Of a DNA stretch of 64,000 bases, positions 31,331 through 46,045 are shown one piece after another. Below the pieces are notes generated by a model, which was not told the origin of the DNA, did no database searches, and saw only the letters and a list, made by a program, of their open reading frames with translations. Each line of letters starts with the position of its first letter. Within the stretch, counting starts at the first letter, position 1. A program made the translations under genes and the position numbers. Source of the DNA: Fimbriosthenelais zetlandica (taxonomy: Eukaryota); assembly GCA_977030845.1 (NCBI GenBank), contig OZ365114.1, positions 28,644,001 to 28,708,000 of the forward strand, given 5' to 3'.

Positions 31331-32396
31331 TCAAAGAAAGTGAAAAATATGAACTGTTAGATAATTGAAAAATGAAAACAACGTTGAACTGACAAATCTT
31401 AATAATCGTATATGAAGGTGTTGGATTATTTCTTCTCAATTGTCACTTAAGAAAAGTAGTTAAATTTCTTATATGAAATCTCCAGTCATCTCCAATCGTC
31501 CATTTTCACTCTCAGTCTCCCGCATAATTCCCCTAAACCTCGGGGATTTCTTAATCACTTTGAGTTCTTAAAAATCTCGTTTTTTCTCCCCTGGAATCAG
31601 ATTCAATTTTGTTCTGGCAAGTCTTTCCCTCCCTCTGTCCTATCCTCTTCCTGCAGTCAAAGCTCAGTCTGTCAAAAATAATTCCCCAACACAAAATACA
31701 TCTTTTTTTTCTTTTCAAACTCTTAAGTTTTCTCCAAGAACTACGGGAGAAAAAACGGATTTATCAACTTTCCTTGGACATGTGTCGTCAGCAAATATTA
31801 CATTAAATTATTGTGAACCAGCTAAAAATGAGTGTGAGACTGTCGCCACTTCCGTGGGTGGACATGGTTGTAAAACAACGATTGTAGCTGCCCCATATAA
31901 GGCGTGGATGGGGCAAGGGAAGAGGGGCTAAGAGGTTATCTTGCAAACATTACTAGATGATTTATTAGGATCCTGGCCCGTTTCAATAGGAATATTAGCA
32001 ATGCTAAGTCTATGGTTAATATTCGGTTTGAAACGGGATCGAGGATGAGTGATGTGTGTACTGGGGGAAGTGGATGTCCGTGTAGAAGCCTTCCTGTCAG
32101 TGGAGTATATAATTGCTGACTACCTCCACACTGTCTTGTTATCTCTAATGATGATTCAGTCTCATTAGACCAAGTGCTCGGCTTTATTTATCTTCCAACT
32201 GTTTTCCACTCTCATGTATTCTCTCTTTCCTCCCCCGCCTTGTCGGTATCACTCTCTGTCCTCTTTCAGCCTGTTTCAAAAGGAATATTAGCCATGGACT
32301 TGCTAATATTGCATTGCTAATACATTGTATTCCTTTTGAAACAGGTTCCTCTCTATCTATCTCTCTATCTCAAAACAAAAGTTAGTCATACACTTA

Positions 32397-32636
32397 AGCC
32401 CGACATCCACCAGCCCGATTTTCATCCCGATTTTGCGATCTTAAGCGATCACAGGCGATCGGGACCCAAATGAAAGATCCGTTCCGATGATCGGGCTGGT
32501 GGATGCCAAAATCTTGGGATCGGCGCCAATATTTCAATGGTAAATCAATAGAGAAATGATCCATAACGATTTTATTTTGATCTTTGCCGATCACAAAAAT
32601 CGGTGCCCTCAAAGATCGTACAGTGGATGTCGGGCT
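32397..32636. mobile_element. PIF/Harbinger-type MITE (240 bp)
   Basis: 14-bp TIR AGCCCGACATCCAC / GTGGATGTCGGGCT with 3-bp TTA duplication on both sides. Confidence 0.8.
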
Positions 32637-35600
32637 TTAGCATTTATAATTTTGCTTTTGAAATGGGCCCCTGTTCTACCTCTTTCTTTCCCTTAGCTAT
32701 CTCTCCCTGTACTTCTCTCTCCCTGTACCTCTCTCTATCACCCAATCTCTCCCTCTGTCTTCTTTTATAAAACCATACCAGTGTTAATGAATAGGGTCAC
32801 ACTAGAGCCGTTGGAAACGCTTGCGTCTGAAATGCAACAAGCCTAAAAACACCTCAGTCTGTTCCTGCGACGCTTGCGTCAGCGTCAACAAAATGGTGAA
32901 ACTCCTCCTGTCTCCCATTTTGTGTACTTGTTGTGTAGGCCTATTTATGTATTAATAAACTATTCTTATACTTCCCTCCCTCTCATCACCTCCCCCTCCC
33001 TCCCCTCTCCCTCCTCAACCTTCTTAGCACACGTGTGTTTGTAAGCTCAGTCTCCGCCAATATTTATCAGTGTCGGTAAGAAAGCTCAGACGTGGCTTGC
33101 TGTGATTTGTCCGCCGCAAACACGGCATGAAACCAACATGGCCGCAGATTACCTCACTTAACAAGACCCGTTCATCACTGATGTTCAGGGTTTGACTAGG
33201 CGAGGAGCTGCCAAATAGATGCTTCATAGGCACAGCCAAGATTTAGTCAACAGGCTTGGGGTGGGAGCAGGGGGGCTTGGGACCTTGTGTTTCATGGAAG
33301 CATCCATGAATTTGTTAAAACATTGATTTGGGGAGGTGGGGGATGGGAGAGAAAGGCAGGGGGTGAGAAAGGAGGGAGTGACTTTTGACTCCTTGTGTAT
33401 CATTCAAGCATCCGGGGGTTCATTTGTTTGTTATGTAACAAACGCACACACATTAAGTGGAAAAGGCATTAAAACGCTATTGTTTTGTTCAATGGGGTTT
33501 AACGTCACTTTTAACAATTGTTCTATTATAGCCTGGCCGCTATGTGTGGTGACCGCTATAGGGAATATATTTAAACATGAAATGGAAAAAACGGTACCAG
33601 GCATAAAAGGTGACCGCTTTTCGAGGTTCCACTATTGAGCTTTACCCTTCTGAGCAATCATACACAGGATAGAAATGTGTTAATTATAAGAAAGTATGTG
33701 TGGATTAATGCATAGATGCGCCACTTGGTGTCTCTGCTTGATTAACAGGAAGTACACATGTCCTTCATTTCCGGTTGTAAACACTAATGACAAGTTTCAT
33801 GTATGGCTAGCACAGCATTGTCCCCGCATGTGACATGATGAAATTGGTTACAAACATCTTACATGATACTTTCATGTAGAGGAATGATTGAAGAGAGCTG
33901 GGTCTTCTGCCGCTCTGGGCTGGGCTGGGGGGCACTCCATGGTAAATTGGGTGCTTTCTTGTGCCTTGCTCATTGCAGTATAGACATTTTCATGCAACGT
34001 CGCAATGAGACGGTGCGCCATTTAGGACGTATAGCGCTGCACGTCTATGACGTAGACTACGTGCAAATAAGTTCCATCGAGCAGACTGCTACTATTATTT
34101 ATCGTGGCCACGCGTGACGCACTTTCTGAAGCCACTTTCTGCAATTTATTCGTTGCGACTAACATAATTTAAACGATAATTTAAGAGTCGGGTTAAAGAA
34201 GAGGATCTCAAATGATCAGGATTCAGTGCATTTTAGGACCTCCGTGGTTGGATTGGAGAACATATTTCCCAGTTTCGATGCCACCTTGCGGATTGAAAGT
34301 ATAACACGAATGGCTATACATTTGGTTTTGGAGTGCCCTCCGTGGTTCTAGAGGGGTGCCTGTTCCTGATTGCAGAGAGTGGTTGTAGGAAATTAGGCCG
34401 ATGGGATATATACATGACGAGATGAAATAAATGGAACTGTGGGGGCGGGCAAGTGGTTATTGGGGGTGTGAGGGGTGGGGTTGGTGGGAGGGGTGTGTGA
34501 GGGGGTGGGATGGTTGGGGAAGGGGGTGGAATGGTTGGGGAAGGGGTGGACAATTGTTGTTTGGGAAGATGGGAAGATGGATGGTGGTGGGACAGGAGTA
34601 GATTGGGATTGTTTTTTGGTGGATGTGAGGTAAAGCCATTGCTCCACTGACTTTTTGCCTTGCGGATATTGCACATTTTCATTGCGATTTACTCCTTGCG
34701 ACATACGTAACCTCAAGACTGGCAAGACATTACCTCATGACTTGTAAGACTTGCGATCCAGTGGAAGCAAAAACACGCAGCAACTGGAATGCTTTATCTG
34801 CCAAAAAGTCAGCTGCAAGGGCTAGCCGCAAGAGTCACAAGGACATCGTGTGGAGTTATAGAAGTATTGGTGTATCAGACACAGTGGAACTTCACCCTAC
34901 ACATTATTCCACACTCGGTCAGTCCTCGTCCCGCTCCCTTGATGGGTTGAGGTCTGGCTGTCCTCAAAATCAAAATGACATGACACAGCCATAGTTTTAA
35001 ATCTGACATTTCAAAAACGGAAAGCTTTATTTTATAAGTGAAGGAATTTACCCTACATTTTATATGATATGACAGCATATACAGAGGCATCGCAGTTGTC
35101 GCAGTCGTCGCAGTTGTGTCGCAAGCGTTTACAATCGCAGCAGTGCAGTAGAATGCTGACTTAAATATCGATAAAATCCTCTCTTATGAGACCGCCTTCT
35201 TGTCATTGGAGCATTAACTTTGTACAAGTCATTTGAAACAGACAACCCTTAAGGAATCGGATAACATTAAACTCAATAAAAACTGCCAATATTTGGATCA
35301 ATACTAATTTGCCTGCTAAACGAGGGTCATTTTCCTATAGCTGACCCCGCCATTTTAACGTAAACAGCATATCAAATGAAACTTCAAAGTCGACCCCGTT
35401 TCCCTCATCTTCAATCGGCCACTAATTGGCCCAATTTCCACCTAATTGATGATTAGATCTGAAGACATTTTATATTTGAGTGTGTTTTATATTTGAGTCC
35501 ATACTACTTTAATCATCCCCAGGTCCTTGAAAGTATCCTAGAAGTTGTTTTCTGTCTTGAAGGTTGGACTTAGTGCTGCCGTGGTGCCTTTTAGATTTAT

Positions 35601-37297
35601 TTATCTGCAGAATCAGGGCTCCTGTGGTTAAATATTTGCCCCTTCGTCCTCCTTCGCTGTCGCTGTGGCCAATTACACTCATTGATCCAATCAGATGGCA
35701 GGCCAGCCGGAGACAAATTTGATTTTTGAAATTGGATCGCGCCAAACATGCGGGATGTGATATGGGAGACTGTTTGGGTGATTTGGGCAAGGGGGAGACC
35801 TGGTTTCTGAGATGTGGGAGGCAGGTTGGCTGGGTGGCGGGTGGCGGGTTGGAAAAACTGTGAAACAAGTATCACTTGTTCACACTCATGTCACATTGTA
35901 GATGAAAGGTTTATTTCATAATTATGTGATATTAACTGTTGACCCTTTTAATGTTTCGCCTTGCTGAAATACACTTTTCTAGACAAATATGGAGATTTTC
36001 TCAAGGCAAAACATGTAGGAACATGCAATTCTTGTAAAAAAGGAAAAATAAGGTCTTTAATGACGTTTTCATAAGCAGCATGCGTCAGCCATTTGGCTTC
36101 GTGCTTCCAAACCCATGTGTTTTTTCCCTTTTTTGGCGAACTTTTCTGGCTGTAAACTTTTTTCTTTTCAAATAGATTTAAAATCAGCAGTCAACTGGTT
36201 GTGAAGATATTAGCTTGACTGTCTATTGTGACAAGCATAAGCTATTGACAGCAGGTCTATGTATTATTCACTGTGCAGCGTTCTTCTTTCCTCAATCTAT
36301 ATTTCCCCTCCTGTTTGTTTCTTCTCTCCTGTTATTGACAACTTGCCTGTAGAGATATGTTTTTTAAGTTTTTATTCTTCTGCCCAATGTCCTTGCTCCT
36401 CTTTCCTATCGAGATCTCTCCCCTCTGACTCGCTCCGTCTTTCTATGTCTCTCAGAGGCTTTCTTCCTCTCTCAACCTCTCAATCTGAGTCTTTTCTGTT
36501 CTCCCTCTCCCTCTTTCTCTCTCCTTTGACTCTTGCTTCTGTTTCCTATCCCGCTTTCTTCCCTTCTCCCTTCCTCTGCCTCCCTGTCCACATCCTTTTG
36601 CTCTCCTCTCTATCCCCTCACCCTTCTCCACTGACCTGTGTTTGTGCTACTATAATGCATCCATATCTTGCATGGGTTGTTTCCTTTTAGTGTCTTGTCT
36701 TTTCTTGGAAAATGAGATTGTCAAAAACCTTTCTTCTAGGAAAACTGAATAGCCTTCATTGGCAGGTCTGTCTGTGTGGACATGTATGTTCTCTTTCCTA
36801 AAGGCTGGAGACTGTCTTGTGCAGTCAGGGCCGGAGGGATTCATTTCGCTGTGAGGGATAAAAAATACTTATGGTATATGTATCTTATTCTTGTACATAT
36901 GTCCCTGACATATGGTTCTGACACGAAAGTGTCATGTCCATGACATAACATATCAAGCAATTTACTTCAAGTTGTTCAATTGGTGGAGAGAAAGAGACAG
37001 ATAGAGAGAGAGTGGGATGTGGGGAAGGAAAGAGAAAGCAAGAGGAGGTACAGTGGTATAGAATAATATGAGAAAAAGGGCCGGAAGGAGAGGGAGACAA
37101 AGATACAGAGAGGGCAATGGGAAAGAGACTGTAGAGTGGAAGAAAGGATGAAGAAGAGAGGATGCAGTGCATGATGGATGGAAAGAGAATGAAAGAGAGA
37201 GAGAAAGAGAAAGAGAGAGAGAGGGAAGGAGAGAGAAAGAGAGATAGAGATAGAGGATGCCATGCGTTGTTATTAGACTGCACTCCAGCCTCCTAGT

Positions 37298-37341
37298 CAC
37301 GTGGCAGTGTGATAGGGGACTTCCTTCCGGTCGACCGGAAG
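37298..37341. promoter_or_regulatory. Compact motif cluster: E-box, GATA, kappaB-like site, palindromic double ETS
   Basis: CACGTG 37298, TGATAG 37310, GGGGACTTCC 37315-37324, CTTCCGGTCGACCGGAAG 37324-37341. Confidence 0.4.
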
Positions 37342-37611
37342 TGAGACAGTGTCTTCCTTTGGGTCTCACTATGCTAATTTCTTTCGATTAACATCAACCC
37401 GTATGGAAAGCCGGAAGATAGGCCCAACTCTTTCCTCCCACCCCACCCCATCCCTAACCAAACTCAATGGTGTATGCCAAAAGAAGATACTTTAAAATCT
37501 CTTGGTTATTTCAGCCAAACCTCTAGATATATCATCTGACTTATTTTAACTATTCATATTTTAACTAATCACAAATTAATGTCATTTAAATTAATCCAAA
37601 TATTTCGGGAG

Positions 37612-37775
37612 GGTGATTATGGGTGAGGTGGTAGAGTGTTTTACGTGTATATTGTAGGTCCTGGTTTCAATTCCTCCTCGAGGTTTCAATGTGTCTGCTA
37701 TTGTCCTTCTCGACCTAGTGCTGCTGAGAGGGATATCAAAGGTCAGCCATGCCATCCGCTGTCTGTGTCGAGATG
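37612..37775 (+). mobile_element. tRNA-derived SINE-like element whose tail is the 44-bp unit
   Basis: A-box-like GAGGTGGTAGAGTG, B-box-like GGTTTCAATTCC, then the CTAGTGCTGC...GATATCAAAGG leader and one 44-bp unit. Similar B-box-like sequences precede the arrays at 38.6 and 61.1 kb. Confidence 0.5.
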
Positions 37776-38659
37776 CTAGTGAAAAAGAAATGAGAGCATG
37801 CTTTCATACGCTCACCTTGGCGAATAATGTTTTATTTCTATATGTACTTCTAAGATAGGCCTGGGAAAAAGACAGCTGGTAAAAGGCAACGTGTGTCATT
37901 GAAGGAAATATAAATTACGTGTAGACAAAATAGAAAATACAAATCAAAGAAAGCAAAGGAAAGATAGAACGAGAGAGAGAGCGAGAGAGAGAGAGAGGGG
38001 GAGAGAGAGAGAGGGAGAGGGAGCGAGGGAGAGAGAGAGAGAGAGAGAGGGAGCGAGGGGTTAGGGGAAGAGAAAAAGATTGTTTGATGATTTTGAATGT
38101 GTTTAGATGAAGTCAAAAGGTAACCTTGGGCTGTGGTCAAAGTATAAGACTAAGGGGGAAGACTAAGAACATAAATCCAGCATGTAAGTTTTAAAATATT
38201 CGCCCTACTTCAGAGCTACTAGTTCAAATAGATCGTGTCCAGACAAGAGATTGTCCAGGTCTTTCCCTCCAGGTACCCCCACCCCACCCCTCTACCCCCT
38301 AGGTATCCCCACCCCACCCCTCTACCCCACACCCACCACCCACCACCACTGCCCGTCTCTCCAGCTAAGGTTAATGCGGTTCACATCTTTAATTTCCATA
38401 TGACGAGACACGAGACAGGTCCCAGAACAAATAGCGTGTTAGATAGCTACCTCCACATATATCCTAGATACTGGAATATTCATGGTTTACCATGGCAACC
38501 CTAATTATTACCTGCCCTTATCAGGTACTCTGATCGGCACATCTCAATGTTGGCCCTGAGTGGGGCACTCCGAACCACAGTGGGTGGAGGTATAGGGGCA
38601 TGGATCTAAAGGCGAGTGTTTGACTTCCTGGCTTCAATTCCCCAAATTTTCCTCTCCAC

Positions 38660-38925
38660 TCCAGTGCTGCTTACTTTGATATCAAAGGCATTTGTCAATT
38701 GTCTGCTGTGAGAGGCATGCAAAAGGCCAACCAAGTCTCCCACTGTCTGTGGTGAGAGGCATGTAAAAGGCCAACCATGTATCCTACTGTCTGCTGTGAG
38801 AGGCATGCAAAAGGCCAACCAAGTCTCCCACTGTCTGTGGTGAGAGGCATGTAAAAGGCCAGCCATGTCTCCCACTGTCTGTGGTGAGAGGCATGTACAA
38901 GGCCAGCCGTGTCTCCCACTGTCTC
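38660..38925 (+). repeat. 44-bp minisatellite family array (~6 units)
   Basis: ATGTAAAAGG at 38761 recurs at 38805 (period 44). Confidence 0.9.
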
Positions 38926-39418
38926 CTGTATCATTGAATAGACTCGTACTGAGTGGGTACTGGTCAGTTGTTTAGCAGGACTTGGTGGGCCTTAAAGCAT
39001 TCTGGTAGCAGTACAAGTGACCAGTGAGCACTCTGGTGGTCAGGGAGTGGACAGTGAGTGGACATCTCTGTGTACTTGAGACTCCTCCTTGTCTGGCTAC
39101 TTGTCAGTACCGTCTCCCGCCTCGACCCATGCTCGTTCATCATGTCATGGATTGATTCCCTGTCAGTGTGAAGACTCGGGTCTTACAGCCTAAAGGCCGG
39201 AGCACACTGGTACGATTATACAACCCGGCGCCATCTTATCTCATATTTCTATTGGAATGTAATTATTACAGACGGATAGAGAATCGGATTAGTGTGTGGG
39301 TACCTTAAAGGGAACGGGTGAGGCAGAAGGGGGAGAGGGATATAGGGGAGATAGGGACAGGGCAGAGAGGAACAGGGGAGACACAGGGATAGAAGATTAT
39401 GTGCGAGAGGAGATGGAC

Positions 39419-39559
39419 NNNNNNNNNNNNNNNNNNNNNNNNNNNNNNNNNNNNNNNNNNNNNNNNNNNNNNNNNNNNNNNNNNNNNNNNNNNNNNNNNN
39501 NNNNNNNNNNNNNNNNNNNNNNNNNNNNNNNNNNNNNNNNNNNNNNNNNNNNNNNNNNN
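39419..39559. other. Assembly gap (141 N)
   Basis: Run of N inside a GA-rich tract. Confidence 1.
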
Positions 39560-42500
39560 CATGAAAAGAGCGGAGAGGGAGTGAGAGATGGAGAGACAGA
39601 TAGGGATAGAGAGCCTCTGATCTGATTGTGATGAGAGGCATGTAAAAGTCCAGCCATGTCTCCCATGCATTCATTGTCAATGGTGCGAGGCCTGTACAGG
39701 ACCAGCCTTCATTGCTTCCAGTACCTATTGTCATTGCTTGTTCCCTGCACTAGTTTGAAACCTGAAAAATGGCTGATCTCCCTCCTTGCATTTGTATTTA
39801 TCCTTCTGCCATATTTGTATTTGTGATTGTTTCCATATTACGCCATTTCACACTCCCTGAAGCTCGAACACAGCTTTCTCTTTGCCTTTACAGAAATAAA
39901 ACTCCAACAAGATCTCCTCCCTTATATGTACTAAAAAATCACATGTCTGCTAATTTCCCAAAGTTAATTAGGATAATTCCAGTTCAAAAATGCTGGCTTT
40001 TGTCCTTTAGATGTTGACTGATTTGTAAAGGTCGACAGACCTTGTGCTTCAGGGAATCTGACAGCTAGTGTATTCTAAATAAATTAAACAGCATTTCAAC
40101 AGCGATTCTTCAAAGATCACAGCAGAAACACTGAAAGTGATGGATGAAGATTCTCAAAATTCTGATCTGATTGCCCGATGGTTTAAGCTATACTATGTTG
40201 ATAAATTGACATTTTAGTGTAAAGTGCGAGAGACACTGTCCCGAAATTGATGTCGATTGCGCAGTAGGAAAGCATTCGGCAATCAGGTCCAACAATCGGC
40301 AATGTTAAAATCAGATCTAATTCATGCTGAAATCGGTACAAAAACGTCGGTTAACGCCATAAAATACATGTATGTGGCCCTTTTTCATCGAAATACCACA
40401 TTGGGTTTTCGCATACGTCTCACTAACTAACTATAAATTTCTCGAGGCATTCTTCATATTATATAGGAAGACATTTTTTCATAAATCTGTCTAATCTGTA
40501 CGTCTGTCTGCTTGGTGTGTTAGAACTTTTACCCTTGTAGTTTATAACCTGGATTGTTGTGCAGAAATGTTGGAGTTCATATATCTAGCTCTCCCCATAT
40601 TGAGCTACCGTACGAAAACAACAGGAATATATAAGAAAAAAACCCTCCAAGCGAGGTATTCACTGTGACATTTTCATTGCCCGCCTATTTCACACAGCAC
40701 TGCAGTGATACCCTATATGTCGAGCCCTTTGGCAGAACCGTCTACGATGGAAAATGAAACAGAAATATTGTGATGAACGCAGGGAAATACACAATAGTAT
40801 AACACCTGAATGCAATTGAAATACATGCATTGAATATTGTCTCTGTTGGCATTCAATTTACTAAAGTCTTTATAATAATTTGTACGATGGCTTTTGTCAT
40901 GAAGTTTCATTTTCAACTGAGAGAGAATAGGCAACAATAGGCAACAAATGCCTGAGAAACATGAGTCTGTGGATATATTCAAGCGGTTTGCCTCTATTTT
41001 ACACATGTTAGAATAATCGACTATAGTTTTGATCTTGGCATTTTAGAGGTTCTTGATGTTGTAAGCGGCCTGCATTATGGCCCATAGTACACGGCCGCTT
41101 GCAACGTCAAAAATCTTCCCTGACAAGTGGTGGCCCTGTTCTCATGATGTAAAGAGACTTTAGCGTTATTATTCTAGCTTGGAGATGTTTTCAACTCTAA
41201 AAGACACGAACAAACCAGAGCAAAGATTCATCAGCAAATTGACTTAAAATTCGCTTCCCATGTGAAATTGATGACTACATGGCAACACAAAATGCCGGAG
41301 TGAATTAAAGTGGATGGATTCCCTAATGCCTTTCGGGTCTTATAAGTCTTAAAACACGCCCTAGGCCACAAACAGGTCTTGTACAGAATTTAAGGTGATT
41401 TAGCACATATTTCACTTTAAGATTTCAATGCTGTTGTTGGTCCTCTCACACTAATTCAGCAGGCGTCAGCAGAATGTTTTCATCCTCAGTGACAATTGAT
41501 GTGATGCTAACTAGGCTATCAAACGCCAACCGTCTATTCCATTCCCTTCGATTTATATATGATTTACAAGGAGTCCTATGTCAAAGGTCGTATTGTAGAA
41601 GTTTTCATGGAAGTTTCCACAAACCGTCGTTCGGCCAACGAGTCCAACGATTCGATTATGTGGGAGATATGGCAGTAGCATAGAGAAATGAGCCACCAAA
41701 GGCTAGTGCAGCTAACCCATAACCAAATGTATTCAAATAAAAGTGTATTAATCCATTTAGGATTTAATAAGTACATTCTTTCTTCTCAAATGTTTCCTCA
41801 AGATAACTTAGTTCATCACTTTTCATAATTCCAACTATAAGACCCAGATGACGTGCCGCTACTTGCATGAATGAATTAAGGAAAGCGTTGTAGAATTATT
41901 CATTTTTGATATGTCCTTCCCTGAGAGCGTTTTGTGGGGGAGTGGCGTCTTTGATGGAATAATACATTTTTCTAAAGTTGTATTTTTATCGGGTTGAAAG
42001 CTGTGATGAAGGGACCCACTATGGTCTGTAAAAACCTCACATCGACTAAACGCTGCCTCTTCTTCCTTTACAATTCACTCCAATCAGTCGTCGCTTTATG
42101 CTTTGTTCCGCCTTTCTTTCTATCAGCTCGGGTTCAAGTCTGATTGCCAGCAATCCAACCCTAAACACACTGAGGCGATTCTCCAATCGTTTATTCAAAC
42201 AAAATCTCCTTCTTCAGTCATTCGAGGAAAACCCAGTCATTTGTCTGTGTTGGGAGGCATGTAGAAGGCCAGCCATGTCTTGATTACCCCTTTCTTCGAC
42301 CTTTGGAGCCTGTTTCAAAACGAATATCAGCCAGAGACTTAGCAAATTTTCCTTTTGAAATGTGCCCCTGAGCTTCCCTTCTCTGAATATCTAAAATGTT
42401 AGATGCTCTGGGTAGGCTTCTACCAATCATGGGGCTCGTAAACTCTCGGAGAATAACATAAGCACTCTGAAGAAGTTCTGAGGCTTTAAGTGAAAATGTA

Positions 42501-45500
42501 TAGATACAAAAACAGGAACCAACATCTCATAAGTGGATTACGTGTTTAACTGTCCAGCCAGTATGTGATTACAGTGTAACAGGGCCTTATAAAGCTATGA
42601 TTGGGAGATGTAGTAGTAAAGTACAGGAAGTCGCGGCTATCTCTAACGAAGGTGACATTTGTGAAGGGCCGTGGGTCGACCAGTCACCATTATTGATATA
42701 TATCTTACTAAACCTACACTGGATTATCCTCCTCTGTATCGTATCCACTAAACCGAATGTTCATACAAGAAAGGCTCTCTTATGGCGCGAATACACCAAA
42801 GCGGTTAAAAAACTATGAAAAGTTTATGAAAACGTCTATGAAGTGTCACCATCATGTTATCTAGTTTGTTCTGATTTCATTGCCACTAATATATATAACT
42901 AATGTAAATGTATCAAACAACTAACATTTATACAACTACACAGTTCTCTTATAGAATTTTTAATATTATCTTCTTTAATGTTACATTTTCCCTTTGTATT
43001 ACCTGTTAAAAACTTAGGGTGTTGATCCACTGATGTCTTAAGCCGTGAATAGTCCTTCCGAAGACACGGCAGTATCTGCAATGCATTTTGCTGCAATAGA
43101 TTTGTATTGCAGACACTGCAGTCTCTTTTGGTAGGGCAATATGATTATTTGAAACCTTAGAAATTGGCTTGCAGCCGATCAGTTTAAAATCCACTTTAAA
43201 GGCAATTGTAATAATGCACGCTGGAACAACACCCTTAGTCCCTGTTTCCCCTGTTAGAATATTTCATCAATTTACCCTCTTATTCCTACATAGAAACATA
43301 CATGTATATATTTTGATATATTTAGAGCCTATTTTGACTAATCTAGCTATTTTCATCGCTTATTTAGCCAATTTTTGTATGTTTCTCACCAATTTTTTTT
43401 CTCCTTATTTTGTAACTGGCTGCTGCGCCTCACAGGGACTGGGACTGGCAAGAGACGACGGTCGTAAACAATGGAAGGGTACACTACGATTGTTAAAGAG
43501 CATGGTGCGCCATGCGCCTTGTAAGGTACGCACTCCCCCTCCTTCTCCTCCCTTATGCCGGGCCCACACAGAGGCGATTTACCCAAACGATGCAGAACGG
43601 TAGGATATTCCTAGTCACAACCAATGCTTGCAATTTTAACAGTCCTTTAAACCTAGCTAAGGCTAACCACAGACAAAATTACAAGCATTGGGTGTGACTA
43701 GAAATATAATATGGCTTTGCATCGCTTGGGCAAATCGCCTTAGGGGCCATCTCAAAACGCAAGTTTCTTTTTCTAAATTTAAGTCATTTAACTTTGAGCC
43801 AGACCTCCGCCGATTTTCCTATTTTAAAGTAGGAAAACAGTTGCTCGGACCGTAAGGACCGTAACTGATAATGATATTCATGCAACTGTTTCTTTTATTA
43901 AATTAAATTGGACTTCTGGCTGTTACATTCTGTTTTAATGGACTTAAATTTGCCTTAGGGGCTTTCTACACCGGATTATAACCTCTCTCCATTGGGCATG
44001 CTGCAGCATGTTCATATTTTATTTTAATGGCCTTCTGTTTTCGTATAGTTATTTACTTATTTTGTTCTGTATAAGTCTGCACTGTCAAAGTGATTGTCTT
44101 GCATGCATCTGTGATTCTTATTTGAAACTGTCAGTTTATTCTTAAATCGCATGAATTTGTATAGTCAACATTAGAAACGTAGAAAATTGAGTTTTTTAAT
44201 TCAAGATAATTTACAATTGTGTATCCAGAATGTCTAAAGGTTATGTGAATTCACTACACAAAGGGAGCCATCCATTCTGCCGACTTTTCGGGAGCATAAC
44301 ATTATGGTTAGCTCACAAATTATCGCCGATGGATGGGCTGACTTTTCGTGCCAATTTCAGCATACAATCGGATCTCATTTCCACATACACTTTGCCGATT
44401 GTTAGACCTGACTGCCGACTGTCTCCTGACTGCAAAATCGGCGTAAAAATCGGGTCAGTGTATGTGGTAATTAATACCAGTGTACTGCGCGTCCAGTGGA
44501 GCTCACATTATGAGACACCATCATAATTATCAAACCATATATAGCTTCTGTTGCATAATGTTCGTGCAATAATTGCCCACAAGATCATGCTGACTCAGTC
44601 CTGAGAGACTGCTATTCATATCTATTGATATCCACCGTATTTGCTCCCGTCAGTAGGCCTATAGTGTTAAGTAAACCATGTAATGTTACTAACAGGGTCA
44701 TGAGAGGCCATCCATGTCTTTGTTCATGTCATGGTGAAAGCCATGTCACATGTCAGTCATGTTTATGGTCAAATGAACCCTTAATAATCAAACTGAAGAT
44801 CGAACACATTCTCTCAGTTTGCGGACTATATTAATAGAGATTTGGAGGGCCAGATACAATGAAGTAGCAGTACTTGAAGTTTTCTTTTGCTTAATCAAAC
44901 GGATTTTCAGATTGTTTGTCATAAAAATACATGTTAAAGAGTCTATGGTACTGAAGAAATGGGCTGTGTTGGTCATGATTTGAGTTCAGAGATGCCATAG
45001 CATTTCAATGGTTGAATTATTTGGCAACACAAACTATGAGACCTTGTTTGTGGTATAAAATACTGTAGAAATGGCCTACATGTAGATTTCCGTTTTCAGA
45101 TACATTGGAGTTTCAATGGTCTGGATTTTAGTAAAAAGATTTGTGCGTTTGTCTGTGATAAGTACCGTAGAAATAGACTGAATATACATGTAGATTTAAG
45201 AGATAAATCTAGAGGACCTTGGAGCCTCGAGGCAGCCCCCAACTCCCCCATCACGTGACTGTAATCTGTGGTGAGAGCCCCCTAGTGGTGTGAGTGAGAG
45301 ACTCGGCTATAATTGATGGAGCGGGACTGAGGCCTCTAAATCATGGCCACCACGTGATCACCACGTGACCGTGTGAGATTCAAATGAAGTCACGGCCAGG
45401 AAGTTTAGTCAAAAAGGCTCCGTGATTGACTGGAGTGCTGGAGTTCCTGCCACTGCCGCCAGGAGCCTGTTTCAAACGAATATTCGCCATAGACTTGGTA

Positions 45501-45976
45501 ATATTCCCTTTGAAACTAACCCCAGGAGCCTGTTTCAAAAGGAATATTAACTATGTTAATTCTATGGCTCCTGGAGCCTATTTCAAAAGAAAATTAGCAA
45601 TGCTAAGTCTATGGCTAATTTTTGTTTTGAAAGGCCACCAGGTCGACAAATTGTGACTTGCTTGGGATTGCTTGCCACTTTTAGTTGCCACTTTCCTGTT
45701 ATTCTGCCTTGAGCCATATTATGGAGCAAATTCCGAATTATGAGTTATTTAGCGTTTCTTTAGTGTTTCTCATAAATTTATATGAGTCTACAAATTAGCA
45801 CTTGTAAACATAACATTGCTTTAGGGGCTCATGAAGTTTTACAGACTAGCGGTAGATCATAATTATTATCACAGTGACAAACAGGAAAATACTCCCACAC
45901 GGGAAATTAGACTGACACATGGTAAACCCACGCAACACCCAGCACAGGCACTCACGATGAAAGTGGATGCTCATCA

Positions 45977-46045
45977 GGAGCTTGTTTCAAAATGAATATT
46001 AGCCATAGACTTAGCACTGCTAATATTCCCTTTGAAACAGGCTCC
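45977..46045. mobile_element. ~69-bp hairpin mini-MITE family (other copies ~31975-32040, 32270-32348, 42304-42365, 45462-45636 tandem, 59456-59524)
   Basis: GGAGCYTGTTTCAAAA...GAATATTAGC...TTTGAAACAGGCTCC inverted termini. Confidence 0.75.

Noticed and set aside
34737-34835. piggyBac-like Cys-rich tail (CKTC...CFICQKVSC)
   Set aside because: Needs a frameshift, the expected His is a stop, and no TIR, TTAA or DDD domain was found nearby.
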